Program-made: the position numbers and the translations under genes
Part shown: piece by piece, positions 21,577-31,426 of the stretch
Layout: each line of letters starts with the position of its first letter
Numbering within the stretch: the stretch's first letter is position 1
The notes under the pieces: generated by a model
Told to the model about the DNA's origin: nothing
What the model saw: only the letters and a program-made list of their open reading frames with translations
Database searches by the model: none
DNA from: an uncultured delta proteobacterium
Lineage (GTDB): Bacteria > Desulfobacterota > WTBG01 > CAIYCZ01
Reading direction: 5' to 3'
DNA length: 64,000 nucleotides
Assembly (NCBI GenBank): GCA_963803975.1
Contig: CAWDOY010000005.1
Coordinates: 32,001-96,000 of the forward strand

Positions 21577-23253
21577 TCAATCTTCAAAGGTAATGCGATC
21601 CACCTCTTCCAGGGTGGTAAGACCCCTGAGAACCTTTGACAGCCCGTCTTCCCGCAATGATTTCATCTTCTGGGAACGCCGGGCAGCGTCACGGATAGCA
21701 GTTGTTGACGCATTTTCAAGAATCAGTTTCCGTATCTCTTCATTAATGGCTATCAGTTCGTAAATCCCGCTGCGCCCCCGGTAGCCGGTGTTGCGACACG
21801 CTTTGCAGCCTTTCCCTCGGTAGAATTCCCGCGCCGTGTCTTCCTTCAGATTAAATCCCTGCAGTAACTTCGGCGATGGCGTATAGGGCGCCCTGCAATT
21901 TGGACAAATGGCCCTTACCAGGCGCTGCGCCAGAACCGCAATCGTAGATGAAGCAACGAGAAACGGCTCGATTCCCAGGTGCAGCAGCCGGGCAAGCGCT
22001 CCTGCCGCGTCATTGGTATGCAGGGTACTGAACACCAGGTGCCCGGTCAGCGCTGCCTCAAAGGCCATTTCCGCTGTCTCCACATCACGCATTTCGCCCA
22101 CCATGATAACATCGGGGTCCTGGCGCAATATGGAGCGCATGCCGCTGGCAAATGTTATTCCTGCTTTCGGATTGACCTGCGTCTGCCTGATATGCGGGAG
22201 CCGGTACTCAACCGGGTCTTCGATGGTGATAAAATTTTTATCGATACTGTTTATGGAATTAAGCGCGGCATAGAGTGTCGTGGTCTTGCCGCTCCCCGTC
22301 GGGCCGGTCACCAGTATTATGCCGTAGGGGCTGGCCAGGAGTTTCTGATACCGCTCAAGGATGTCGGGCGAAAATCCCAGGTCCTCAAGACTCAGGACAC
22401 TCTTTGACTGGTCCAAAATGCGCAGCACAATATTTTCCCCGTAAATGGTGGGAAAGCTTGAAACGCGAAACTCAATGGCCCGGCCATCAGCGTTTATCTG
22501 AAACCCGCCGTCCTGCGGTGCCCGCGTTTCCGCAATATCCATGTTTGCCATTATCTTGACGCGGGAAATCAGTGCCGCCTGCAGGTGCTTGGGAGGTGAG
22601 ACGGTCTCATGCAGTATGCCGTCGATGCGGTAGCGGACCCCCAGTTTGTGCTCGTCAGGCTCAAAGTGAATATCACTGGCATTGTCACGCACTGCCTGAA
22701 AAATGATGAGGTTGGCAAGGCGGATAATGGGCGCCTCTAAACCCGCCTCCATCCCGGCCCCTTCCACGGTTACCTTCAGGTCACCTTCAAGGGCCTCTTT
22801 GACAATATCTTCAATAGATGATGAAAGGCCGAAATAGCTGTCAATGGCCCGTCTGATCTGCTCCTCGGAAGACACTGCCATATCCACCTCACAGCCGGCG
22901 GTCCTGCGTGCCTCATCTATTGCTTTGACATTGAGGGGATCAGCCATGGCAATGGTAAGGGTCGAGCCGATTTTAAACAGCGGGATGATGAGGCTGGAGC
23001 GGGCCAGGCTTTCGGGAATCAGGCTTATCACTTTCGGGTCAATGATGTAATTATCCAGGTTGACATAGGGAATCCCTGCCTGATCACCAAGGGTGGCTAT
23101 AATCCCTTCCTCCGTGACCAGCCCCATGCGTATCAGTAACTGACCAAGACGCAGGCCGGACTGTTTCTGCTGCACGATTGCCTTGTTGAGCTGCTCAGCA
23201 GTAATCAGCCCCTCATCAATGAGCATTTCCCCGAGTAGTTTTCTTTTTTCCAC
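21577..23253 (-). CDS. PilB/GspE/MshE-family extension ATPase with N-terminal MshEN (c-di-GMP-binding) domain
   Basis: LLGEMLIDEGLIT...RLGQLLIRMGLV tandem MshEN motifs, GPTGSGKTT, TIEDPVEY, RQDPDVIMVGEMRD, CxxC...CxxC. Confidence 0.92.
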   Translation of the reverse strand: MEKRKLLGEMLIDEGLITAEQLNKAIVQQKQSGLRLGQLLIRMGLVTEEGIIATLGDQAGIPYVNLDNYIIDPKVISLIPESLARSSLIIPLFKIGSTLTIAMADPLNVKAIDEARRTAGCEVDMAVSSEEQIRRAIDSYFGLSSSIEDIVKEALEGDLKVTVEGAGMEAGLEAPIIRLANLIIFQAVRDNASDIHFEPDEHKLGVRYRIDGILHETVSPPKHLQAALISRVKIMANMDIAETRAPQDGGFQINADGRAIEFRVSSFPTIYGENIVLRILDQSKSVLSLEDLGFSPDILERYQKLLASPYGIILVTGPTGSGKTTTLYAALNSINSIDKNFITIEDPVEYRLPHIRQTQVNPKAGITFASGMRSILRQDPDVIMVGEMRDVETAEMAFEAALTGHLVFSTLHTNDAAGALARLLHLGIEPFLVASSTIAVLAQRLVRAICPNCRAPYTPSPKLLQGFNLKEDTAREFYRGKGCKACRNTGYRGRSGIYELIAINEEIRKLILENASTTAIRDAARRSQKMKSLREDGLSKVLRGLTTLEEVDRITFED

Positions 23254-23269
23254 AAACAGATCCTTTGTA

Positions 23270-24424
23270 TTACTGTTTCTTTACCGTAGAAGCCTGCAGA
23301 TACATTCTCACGCTATCTGCGACACCTTGTAAATGCGGCGGAGCGGTTTTTAAAAACTGCTCGAAACAGATGCGGGATTTCTCCTGCTGCCCCATGTCCT
23401 TCAGCAGCAAGCCATAGTTATACAGGGTCTCAGGATGTGCCGGGTTAAGCGTAAGTGCTTTTTGAAATACCTCCGCTGCCTGGGTAAAGTCCCTCCTGCT
23501 GCGCAGAGCAATGCCCATATTAACACACGTCTCAATATTGCCCGGATTGACCTTCACGGCACGCTCATAATAGTTGAGCGCTTCCGCTGTCCGTCCCTGG
23601 GCATACAGGCTCAGCCCCATGTTATTAAGCGCCTTCTCATGGTCAGGTGCGAGCTTCAGCGCCTTTTCAAAATAGTCCCGGGCCTGCGCGGCAGCTCCCT
23701 GTTCAAGGAGCAGAACCCCCTGATTATTTAATGAATCGGCGTTTTCTGCGTCACTCTGAAGCAGATTTGCAGCGCGTGCAGTAACGTCAGGCCGCGGCGT
23801 TTTTGCTGCGCTCCTTTGCTTCTGAGCGGCACCTGCTGTTGGCACTGCCGGTACCGTCCGGGCGGCTGGCTGCTGCATCGCCGGAGCATCTTGAGGCAGG
23901 GGCTTTGCAGGCGCAGGGGGTATGCGTTTGCTTGTCAGTCTGTCGGCATCTTCCTGCACAGCGGGAGAAGCCGGGGGTAGCAATACCTCGGGCTGCACAC
24001 CAGCGGCCATTGGCTGCTGTTGGTTTATGCTCCTGGCGCCGCCACTATTTTCGTCTTTTTGCGCTTGCTGAGCAACACCCGTCTCTACCGCCGGAACGCT
24101 GCCAATGGCAGGAGCGACCGTGACCGGCACGGCTTTAAGCTTTGGTGCCGGGGCTGCCGGTGAAGGTGCTTTCAGCGCCCCCTGCTGCATATACCATCCT
24201 GCTGCTGCTCCGAGTCCGAGCACAACCACCATGCCTGCTATAAGGCGCCTTTTCCCCGGGCGTGGCTCCTCGTGTTCTTCATTAAAAAATTCTGCGGGAG
24301 CATCATCCGCTTTTTCATAGACCTCTTCTGCGGCAACGGGCTGCGGCATTCCGGGGTGAGCGCCATAGCTGACGGTCTGCTTATCTTTTTCTAACTGCCT
24401 GAGAGCCTTTTCAATGAGGCTCAT
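23270..24424 (-). CDS. TPR protein with TM anchor and Pro/Ala linker (MshN-like)
   Basis: MSLIEKALRQLE N-terminus, one TM segment, C-terminal TPR repeats. Sits between the ExeA-like gene and the ATPase. Confidence 0.75.
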   Translation of the reverse strand: MSLIEKALRQLEKDKQTVSYGAHPGMPQPVAAEEVYEKADDAPAEFFNEEHEEPRPGKRRLIAGMVVVLGLGAAAGWYMQQGALKAPSPAAPAPKLKAVPVTVAPAIGSVPAVETGVAQQAQKDENSGGARSINQQQPMAAGVQPEVLLPPASPAVQEDADRLTSKRIPPAPAKPLPQDAPAMQQPAARTVPAVPTAGAAQKQRSAAKTPRPDVTARAANLLQSDAENADSLNNQGVLLLEQGAAAQARDYFEKALKLAPDHEKALNNMGLSLYAQGRTAEALNYYERAVKVNPGNIETCVNMGIALRSRRDFTQAAEVFQKALTLNPAHPETLYNYGLLLKDMGQQEKSRICFEQFLKTAPPHLQGVADSVRMYLQASTVKKQ

Positions 24425-24448
24425 AAGTAGCTCCTCGCTCGATTTTCT

Positions 24449-26188
24449 TCACATTTCAAGATGCGGCACTTGATCACCATAAACCATGCGGTAGAATACC
24501 ATTCTGGTATTGCAGCCAATAATACCGTCTACCTTGAGGCCGTATTGTGTCTGAAGTGCTTTGACCGCTTTTTCCATCTGGCTGTCAAAAACATCAGTAA
24601 AAGGCTCATGCAGGGAAAAGTTGTTTGCGTTCAATGTTTCTTTCAGCAGGATAACCTGCTGGTGCACATCCCCGCGCTGCAGCCGCGACGGCAGGCTCAT
24701 AAACTCTTGCCATACATAAAAAGCTTTTCCTGTCCATTGTTCATGAAGCTTCTCAAGCGCAAGAGATACTCTGCCGTGCCGGGGATCAAGCAGGATGGCC
24801 TGATCATTTTTAATGCCGGCAAGAACCACATAGCGATACGCGGGATCACTCACCGGAATAATACAGGGGTAATCAAGCCGCTTGACCTGATCAAGCGTTA
24901 TATCAAGAGAAGTTACCGCGAGGCCGAAGACCTGCGCCACATCACTAAAGCTGAATGACGCAGATGTGCTGCGTTTTTGCAGCTCCTGCATCAGCTTTTC
25001 CTGCGGAACATCCCAGAGCCCGAGCAGGGTAGCAAGTGCTTCCGGAGCACATTCACTGACCCGGTCCTGGCGCAGGACCCCATCACTGTCAAACGCGCCG
25101 CTGCGGGGAGCACTCACCTGCTTGACAGTCGTTTCCGGCACCGGGACTGCTGCGGGCGCCGGTTTTGGGGCAGCTGCCGGAGGGGCAGCGGCGAGCAGTG
25201 CATCAGGCAGCTTTGCCCGTGCATAATGAAACCCGGCGCGGGCATCCCAGGTGAATTGCCCTATCCATCTCTGCGGAAGATCCAGTTTTAAAGGTGCCAG
25301 CATTCCCAGAAAAAGTGCGCTGATGATAATCCCAAGGATAAGCGTATAGACCGCATTGACTCTCATTGACACGGCAGGCACTCGTTCTACAGAAGAATTT
25401 TTTATAGCCTCCTGCACCATCCTGCCGGTAATTTTTTTTTTCTGCGCAACATACCCGGCCAGCAGCGCCTTATCGCAGATGAGGTTAATGGTGCGCGGGA
25501 GCCCGCCGGAAGAATGGGAGATCTTATCCAGGGACCGGCGGGTAAAGGTTATGCTGCCGTTGGCCCCGGCTTTCACCAGACGGTGGTAGATGTAATGACT
25601 GACATCTTTTCTGGTGAGGGGCTTCAAATAAGCCCATATCGCAATGCGCTGGTACAGCTGCCGCAGGGTTGTTTTTGAGAGTTTTTTAAGCAGCTCCGGC
25701 TGGCCGGAGAGAATAATCTGCAGCAGCTTTTCTTTTTCGGTTTCCAGGTTTGAGAGCAGCCGTATTTCTTCCAGAACCTCAGAAGAAAGGTTCTGGGCTT
25801 CATCGATGATAATAACGACCCCCCGGCCGCGGGCAGAGCTCTGCAGCAGACAGGTATTGAGGCTGTCAAGCAGTTCTTTTTTTGATACACCGGATGCCTG
25901 CTGACCCAGATCCTGCAGTATGGTCTTGAGCAGTGCGGTGGCGGTGTCCGGCGGGTTAAAAATAAGGGCTGTTTCCATCTGCCCTTCGAGCGCGTGGAGA
26001 AGAGACCGGCACAGCGTTGTTTTACCCGTTCCCACATCCCCCACCAGTGCCATAAAGCCCTGTTTTGCATGGACCCCGTAGAGAAGCTGATTATAGGCAT
26101 CGAGATATTGTCTGCTTTTGAACAGAAAGGTGGTATCCGGGACGTTGGAAAAGGGCCGTTCACTGAGGCCATAAAATTGCATGTACAT
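24449..26188 (-). CDS. ExeA/GspA/MshM-family AAA ATPase with TM, C39-like domain and peptidoglycan-binding domain
   Basis: MYMQFYGLSERPFS, GDVGTGKTT, IIDEAQNL, LSGQPEL, GLPRTINLICD, C-terminal AVKALQTQYGLKVDGIIG. Confidence 0.9.
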   Translation of the reverse strand: MYMQFYGLSERPFSNVPDTTFLFKSRQYLDAYNQLLYGVHAKQGFMALVGDVGTGKTTLCRSLLHALEGQMETALIFNPPDTATALLKTILQDLGQQASGVSKKELLDSLNTCLLQSSARGRGVVIIIDEAQNLSSEVLEEIRLLSNLETEKEKLLQIILSGQPELLKKLSKTTLRQLYQRIAIWAYLKPLTRKDVSHYIYHRLVKAGANGSITFTRRSLDKISHSSGGLPRTINLICDKALLAGYVAQKKKITGRMVQEAIKNSSVERVPAVSMRVNAVYTLILGIIISALFLGMLAPLKLDLPQRWIGQFTWDARAGFHYARAKLPDALLAAAPPAAAPKPAPAAVPVPETTVKQVSAPRSGAFDSDGVLRQDRVSECAPEALATLLGLWDVPQEKLMQELQKRSTSASFSFSDVAQVFGLAVTSLDITLDQVKRLDYPCIIPVSDPAYRYVVLAGIKNDQAILLDPRHGRVSLALEKLHEQWTGKAFYVWQEFMSLPSRLQRGDVHQQVILLKETLNANNFSLHEPFTDVFDSQMEKAVKALQTQYGLKVDGIIGCNTRMVFYRMVYGDQVPHLEM

Positions 26189-26205
26189 GAACAGACACCC
26201 TTAAA

Positions 26206-26245
26206 GAGTTTGAGAGTTGCGGAGTTAAGGAGTTAAAAAAGTTAC
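26206..26245. repeat. Octamer-period GAGTTnnn tandem repeat
   Basis: gagtttga gagttgcg gagttaag gagttaaa aaagttac in the intergenic gap. Same family at 42818 and 50221. Confidence 0.6.
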
Positions 26246-26295
26246 TGGTTTAGTGCTGCACATTATTTTGCCTTAACGGCTCAACGAATACATGG

Positions 26296-27969
26296 CTATT
26301 GAGAAGTTGATTGTTTCAATTTTTCAAGCCGCTGCTGCTCCGGAGCTGCTATCTCGCGCATATTCTCGCTGGTAACAACCTTGGGGGTGAGCATGATCAC
26401 CAGCTCTGTCTTCCGCACCTCGCGGGAGGTATGCTTGAACAGATACCCGAGCCAGGGGATTTCACTAACCAGCGGCACTGCGATTACATCTTCCGTCACT
26501 TTGTTCTGCATCAGGCCGGCAAAAAGAATGGTCTGCCGGTCATTGACACGCACCACCGTGTCTGTCTCACGCACATCAACAATCGGCACCTTGTCACCCT
26601 GCACTGATGTTGCCTCTCCCACCTTATCAGTAACACTGGGATGAATAGTGAGAGTAATAGTGCCGTCCGAGCCTATCTGGGGTGTTACCGCCAGAACCAC
26701 TCCGATACTTATAAAATTTACCTCCGTGGTGGTGTTTGATTCACCATACACTGTCTGGCGCGTGGTCTGGAAATAGGGGTCTTCACGGGCAACCTTGATG
26801 ATTGCCGGCTGATTGTTGAGGGTTGAAATTTTCGGGCTGGAGATAATGTTCACATCGCCCTGGGTGGAAAGAGCTTCAATAATATCATTCAGCGCCACAA
26901 TCTGGTCAGCCCCGCCGATGCGGAAAACCCCGCCGAACGGCTTTACCATCCAAGCGCCGGGAATCGACTGAGTTTGGCTGCCGGTTCCGGAGCCCCCGCC
27001 CTGATTGGTGTTGCTTGAGCCGGTGTATCCCAGCCAGGGGCTCGCGCCATTGGTTGCAAGGCCCCAGGACAGATTACTCATCTGGGGCAAACTCTGGATA
27101 TAGCCCCAGTCAATACCTGCCTGAAAGCTGTCTTGCAGATACACTTCAATAATTTGCGCCTCAATCAGTACCTGCCGCTGTACAGATCCGGTCACCATTT
27201 CCAGGTACTGCGCGATTCTTCTTAGTTGTGCCGGGTAGTCTTTTACCAGCACGGTGTTGGATGTCTTATGAACTATAATTGTTCCATCCGGTGATTTGAG
27301 GCTCTGCAGCCCCTTGTCTATTTCCTTCCACAGATCAGATTCATCCGCGGTGCTCACTTCGCTGTAACCGGTACTTGCCTGATCGCTGCCGGCCCCGGCT
27401 GAACCCTGTCCCTGTGTTCCTGTTGAAGTTCTCCCGCCAATGCCGCCGGAAGCGAGCCCTTTTCCTTTTCTCACGGTGGTAATATAGTCAAGGTAAAAAA
27501 TGCGCGTATCCAGGGACGGTTTGAACACCTTGATTAAGTTGCCCTCACGCCGGTATTCAAGATTTAATTGACCGCAGACCACATCAAGCACCTGCTCCAG
27601 GGTAACGCCCTTCAGGTCAATGGTAACCCTGCCGGATATTTTCGGGTCCACGACAATATTGGCATTAATCTCCCGGGAAAAAGCCAGCAGCAGGTCCTGA
27701 ATATCTGCGTCCCGCATCTGCAGGGTATAGGTTTTCTGCGAAGAAACCAGGGTCGCCCCTTTCTGCGGCATCACTATTTCTTTGAGATCAGGCTTTAACG
27801 TCTCTGCTTGTGGCCCCGGCGTCGAAGGTTTCTCCGCTTTTTTCGGGGGAGTTACACAGCTGCAGAGAAAAAGCATGAGCACTGAGAAAATAATTATCCC
27901 GGTATGCTGATGACCTATATGCAAAAATGTTTTTGCAGGTATTAGCGGGGTGCTTTGTGGGTTCCCCAT
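26296..27969 (-). CDS. Secretin, MshL-type (lipoprotein signal, STN and secretin domains)
   Basis: FLCSC lipobox-like motif, TRIFYLDYI, QVLIEAQIIEV, SSPKISTLNNQPAII, VPLVSEIPWLGYLFK...KTELVIMLTP. Confidence 0.9.
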   Translation of the reverse strand: MGNPQSTPLIPAKTFLHIGHQHTGIIIFSVLMLFLCSCVTPPKKAEKPSTPGPQAETLKPDLKEIVMPQKGATLVSSQKTYTLQMRDADIQDLLLAFSREINANIVVDPKISGRVTIDLKGVTLEQVLDVVCGQLNLEYRREGNLIKVFKPSLDTRIFYLDYITTVRKGKGLASGGIGGRTSTGTQGQGSAGAGSDQASTGYSEVSTADESDLWKEIDKGLQSLKSPDGTIIVHKTSNTVLVKDYPAQLRRIAQYLEMVTGSVQRQVLIEAQIIEVYLQDSFQAGIDWGYIQSLPQMSNLSWGLATNGASPWLGYTGSSNTNQGGGSGTGSQTQSIPGAWMVKPFGGVFRIGGADQIVALNDIIEALSTQGDVNIISSPKISTLNNQPAIIKVAREDPYFQTTRQTVYGESNTTTEVNFISIGVVLAVTPQIGSDGTITLTIHPSVTDKVGEATSVQGDKVPIVDVRETDTVVRVNDRQTILFAGLMQNKVTEDVIAVPLVSEIPWLGYLFKHTSREVRKTELVIMLTPKVVTSENMREIAAPEQQRLEKLKQSTSQ

Positions 27970-28000
27970 TTTTTATTCTCCTCTACAATAATTTCTTTAT

Positions 28001-28498
28001 TTAAAATTGAACAACGCTCTTCGGCAATACCAGCAGGCGGCGCGTCCCATTCTTTTCCAGGACCACCGCATCGCGTTTAATGCTGACTATTTTCTCGTCC
28101 CTGACCATGTCGCCTTCCCGGTAGATCTTATGGTTAATGGCGACTATTTTTTTTGTTTCGCTCATCAAAATCAGGGTCACCGTGAGTTCCTCCCCGCTCA
28201 TATCGGAAGAAACCGCTCTTGCGGCCTGACTTTCCTGCTGCAGCCACGAAGAGGCAAACGGGTCCCTGCCCCATCCGCTGACCGTTACTTTCTCTTCGGG
28301 CTGAAAACCCGGAGGGCGGGCATTCACCCCTTTCTTTTCATGAATGCCCGGCAGTGCCTGCAGAGCGCCGATCTGCGGGGGAGCTGAAAAACCGGCCTTG
28401 CTTCTCAGGGGAATGGTGAAAATGCTGATGCTCACCAGTATCACAAACAGCGCGGTGAAGATTCCAAGAATTATTGAATTTTCCTGTTTCAGCGTCAT
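28001..28498 (-). CDS. Pilus assembly protein, MshK/PilP-like
   Basis: N-terminal TM, WGRDPF motif, C-terminal VAINHKIYREGD...IVSI...VVL beta domain. Lies between pilO and the secretin. Confidence 0.6.
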   Translation of the reverse strand: MTLKQENSIILGIFTALFVILVSISIFTIPLRSKAGFSAPPQIGALQALPGIHEKKGVNARPPGFQPEEKVTVSGWGRDPFASSWLQQESQAARAVSSDMSGEELTVTLILMSETKKIVAINHKIYREGDMVRDEKIVSIKRDAVVLEKNGTRRLLVLPKSVVQF

Positions 28499-28529
28499 GG
28501 TACTGTTTCCATGAAAACCTTGTTTTATT

Positions 28530-29081
28530 TCAAGAAATAAGTGTTTTTAATACCAGGTGGCAGGTAACCACCGGCATTTTTTCATCTCTTCGTATCTCAA
28601 GCTGATGGACGATCGTGAAAATAGGAAGTTTTTCCAATGCTCGTATAAAGAGCACCAGGGTCCGGAAATCGCTGCGCAATTGCATATCAATAACAACCTG
28701 CCGGTATTGCGTATGGCCGGCTGCTGCCGGCAGTGTTTGTTCTTCCTGCGGCTTAAGGGAAATAACTTCCATATTGAACTTTTGACACTGCAGCGCGAGC
28801 TGTTCCAGAAACTGGACAAAGCTTTCTCTGGTTGAAAATTTCTCTTCATAGAAGGAAAGCTTTTTCTCCAGCCTGCTGACGTCGGAAGCGACCTGCGTGC
28901 CGCCCGTTAAAAACGCTGCGGTCTCCTGCAGTTTCTGGTCAAGAGACGCAAGCTCTGTTGTTACGGTGGCATGCTCGCTGAGTTTCGGGCTGTAGAGAAA
29001 AAAGTCGAACAAAAAGTAGAGCACCACCAGCAAAGAAGTGAACGAGATGATTGTTTCGCGCGGCGAAAGTTTAATTTTCAT
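28530..29081 (-). CDS. pilO: PilO/MshJ-family pilus assembly protein
   Basis: KLSPRE + TM + coiled coil + ferredoxin-like (FRTLVLFIRALEKLP) layout. Confidence 0.78.
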   Translation of the reverse strand: MKIKLSPRETIISFTSLLVVLYFLFDFFLYSPKLSEHATVTTELASLDQKLQETAAFLTGGTQVASDVSRLEKKLSFYEEKFSTRESFVQFLEQLALQCQKFNMEVISLKPQEEQTLPAAAGHTQYRQVVIDMQLRSDFRTLVLFIRALEKLPIFTIVHQLEIRRDEKMPVVTCHLVLKTLIS

Positions 29082-29248
29082 TATTGATGCTCTTGTAAAA
29101 AGTAGAAAAACCTCCCTCTCCCTTTACGGGAGAGGGTTGGGGTGAGGGGGACAAACAAGTAATTACAGTATATTATTGCTCCCCCTCCCCTTAATCCCCT
29201 CCCACCAGGGGAGGGGAAATTGCCTTTTTACGGCTTCGTCATTATTGA
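29078..29248. mobile_element. MITE/REP-like insertion with 10-bp flanking direct repeat
   Basis: TCATTATTGA at 29078-29087 and 29239-29248. Imperfect inverted ends (ttgatgctcttgtaaaaag / ctttttacggcttcgtcat). Internal hairpins ccctctccctttacgggagaggg and cccctcccaccaggggagggg. Confidence 0.7.
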
Positions 29249-29258
29249 ACCCGCCGGT

Positions 29259-30983
29259 TTAAAATGTGCCAGCGTCCAGCGGACATGAAAACACAAACCG
29301 TGAAGCTGGTTTCCCCAAATCAGTAACCTTTTCCGTTGAGACGAGCATTACCTTCTTAAAGTAGGCGCTGTTTTCCAACCCGCTGGTTATCTGCACCACG
29401 GTTGTCAGCACCTGGGAATCATCGCCAAACACAACGCCCTCCAGCCTGAGCTTCATGACTAATTCCTTATCAGCTGGAGCTGGTGCTGCGGCGGAAACTG
29501 ATGGGGAGCCTGTTTCCAGCGCAATGCTTTGCAGCACCGTGTTCTCCGGCAGGATGCGCGTGAGAGAACTGAGGATTTCCGAGAACTGGGGCTGCTCAAA
29601 AGAAAAGTCAGGAACCTGGGAGAGCCGCTGTTTTAAATTTTCTTTTTTTTCATTAAGACGAAGCATCTCTTCCATATAGGACTTAAGCGAGGAGAACTGG
29701 GATTTTTTAGTGTTCAGCTCTTCCCGTGAAACCGCAACCGAGCGGTATGAATAGAGATACATTGTCGCGAGGGAGGAGAAGAATATAATTAAAAGCAGCA
29801 GCGGAAGCCAGTTGCGGAGCTGGGCCGTTTCCAGCATACCGGGGCGCGGCGGAAGAAAATTTATATCCCTGCAGCGGCCCGCCGACAAACCCAGCGCCAC
29901 TGAGAGGCGGGGCTTGTGCTGCTGAAACGCAGTGTCGTTTTGCAGATGCCCGGGAACAGGCAGTGCTGCAAACGGGTCCATGACTGACACGTCGATGCCC
30001 AGTCCACTGGAGAGAAATGCTGCGAGATTTTTAAAACCGGCACCGCCGCCGCAGAGAAGAATCGTATCGACACGCTTCTCACGCCCCTGGGCTTTGTAAA
30101 CATCAAATGACCTGAGCGCTTCAGTGCTGAGGCGCTCAAGCACCGGACGGATTATAAACATAATTCTGGAGAGCGGAAGACCTGCAGGGGTTACCTCCTG
30201 GCCGCCGCCCATGGGGATGCCGTACTTTTTTTTGATTGCTTCAGCCTCTTCAACGCTTAAGGCAAACTGCTTTCCTTCAACAGCAACCGGCTCCATAAGA
30301 GCCCGGGTAAAATCATTGCCGCCGGTTGCGATCTCCCGGGCAAATTGCAGCTCTCCTGCCTTGAGAATGGCAATGGTTGTCCCTTCGGCACCGATATCAA
30401 GCACGGCAACGGTCTTGCCACGATACCTGTCCCCGGTGAGCTGAAAGGCGTATTGCAGCGAGAAGGGGACCGCATCGATACCCGCTGCTGAATAGCCTGC
30501 CTGCTCCAGTAAAGAAAGCTCCTGGTCCATGAATTTATTCAGCACTGCTGCGGTTATAAGATCAAGGTCAGGGGTTTCTGCAGAGATACCGGCAATTTTT
30601 TTATAGACGACCCGGGCCTCGTCCAAGGGGAAGGGGAAATATTTTTTACCCTGCCAGCGAATTGCCGCCAGCATCTCCTGGTCAGGCATGGGTGGCAGTT
30701 TTATGCGCTGCAGGTTGACCGAGGGACCGGAAAAGGAAAGATAAATATCTGCGGAGGAGCTGCTGCAGCGGGCCAGCAGTTGTTTAATTAACGGAGCAAT
30801 GGAGGCTGCATCCCGTGAGGCTTTGCCTTGCAGTGCGGAGGGTATCTCAACAATACCATACTGTAACAGCTGCACTTTCCCGCCGGACACACGGGTCTCA
30901 ACCATCTTTAGGGTATGGCTCCCGAGCTCGATCCCTATCGAGTGTGCAGCTTTTTTTGAAAATGAAAACAGTTTAGCAGCCAT
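29259..30983 (-). CDS. Fused PilM-PilN (MshI-like) pilus assembly protein
   Basis: Actin-like IGIELGSHTLK, LDIGAEGT, ILLCGGGA, then INFLP (PilN motif), TM and coiled coil in one ORF. Confidence 0.85.
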   Translation of the reverse strand: MAAKLFSFSKKAAHSIGIELGSHTLKMVETRVSGGKVQLLQYGIVEIPSALQGKASRDAASIAPLIKQLLARCSSSSADIYLSFSGPSVNLQRIKLPPMPDQEMLAAIRWQGKKYFPFPLDEARVVYKKIAGISAETPDLDLITAAVLNKFMDQELSLLEQAGYSAAGIDAVPFSLQYAFQLTGDRYRGKTVAVLDIGAEGTTIAILKAGELQFAREIATGGNDFTRALMEPVAVEGKQFALSVEEAEAIKKKYGIPMGGGQEVTPAGLPLSRIMFIIRPVLERLSTEALRSFDVYKAQGREKRVDTILLCGGGAGFKNLAAFLSSGLGIDVSVMDPFAALPVPGHLQNDTAFQQHKPRLSVALGLSAGRCRDINFLPPRPGMLETAQLRNWLPLLLLIIFFSSLATMYLYSYRSVAVSREELNTKKSQFSSLKSYMEEMLRLNEKKENLKQRLSQVPDFSFEQPQFSEILSSLTRILPENTVLQSIALETGSPSVSAAAPAPADKELVMKLRLEGVVFGDDSQVLTTVVQITSGLENSAYFKKVMLVSTEKVTDLGKPASRFVFSCPLDAGTF

Positions 30984-31034
30984 GCAATAAATCTCAGCCT
31001 ATATGTATCTACTATTGCCTATTTGCCTTGCTTG

Positions 31035-31065
31035 CCTGTTCGCCGTAGCCTTGTGCGAAGGCGGG
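31035..31065. repeat. Short palindromic REP-like element
   Basis: cctgttcgccgtagccttgtgcgaaggcggg, preceded by ttgcct octamer repeats. Confidence 0.4.
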
Positions 31066-31254
31066 TTACCCATGACTTGTTACTGTGCGTATCAAAGTTT
31101 TCAGGCTATCGACCTTATAAAGGCGATAGCCATTGATGGGATGCCGCACTGCTTTGAGCTTCCCGAGTTTGTCCCAGCGCCTGAGTGTCGCCTCACATAC
31201 CCCGAGCATCTTTGCAGCTTCCCGTATGGTGATGTAATTGTTGAAATTTTCCAC
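31066..31254 (-). CDS. Stand-alone MerR/BldC-like helix-turn-helix protein
   Basis: YITIREAAKMLGVCEATLRRWDKLGKLKAVRHPINGYRLY. Confidence 0.85.
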   Translation of the reverse strand: MENFNNYITIREAAKMLGVCEATLRRWDKLGKLKAVRHPINGYRLYKVDSLKTLIRTVTSHG

Positions 31255-31289
31255 AAAAACCCTTTATATGGTTATTAAACCTTATACAA

Positions 31290-31319
31290 GCCTATATATA
31301 GGCCACTATATTTTGTCAA
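31290..31319 (-). promoter_or_regulatory. Putative sigma70 promoter with overlapping palindrome upstream of the HTH-pilMN operon
   Basis: TTGACA at 31319-31314. Perfect palindrome GCCTATATATAGGC (31290-31303) covers the expected -10 region. Confidence 0.45.
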
Positions 31320-31426
31320 GAAAAAAAATACCTTTTTATGAAAATCTTTAAGGGAATATATAGATTATTACATAGATAAATCTGGGAATTTTGCTCTCAG
31401 ACTATTACATAGACATGGGATTTTGT

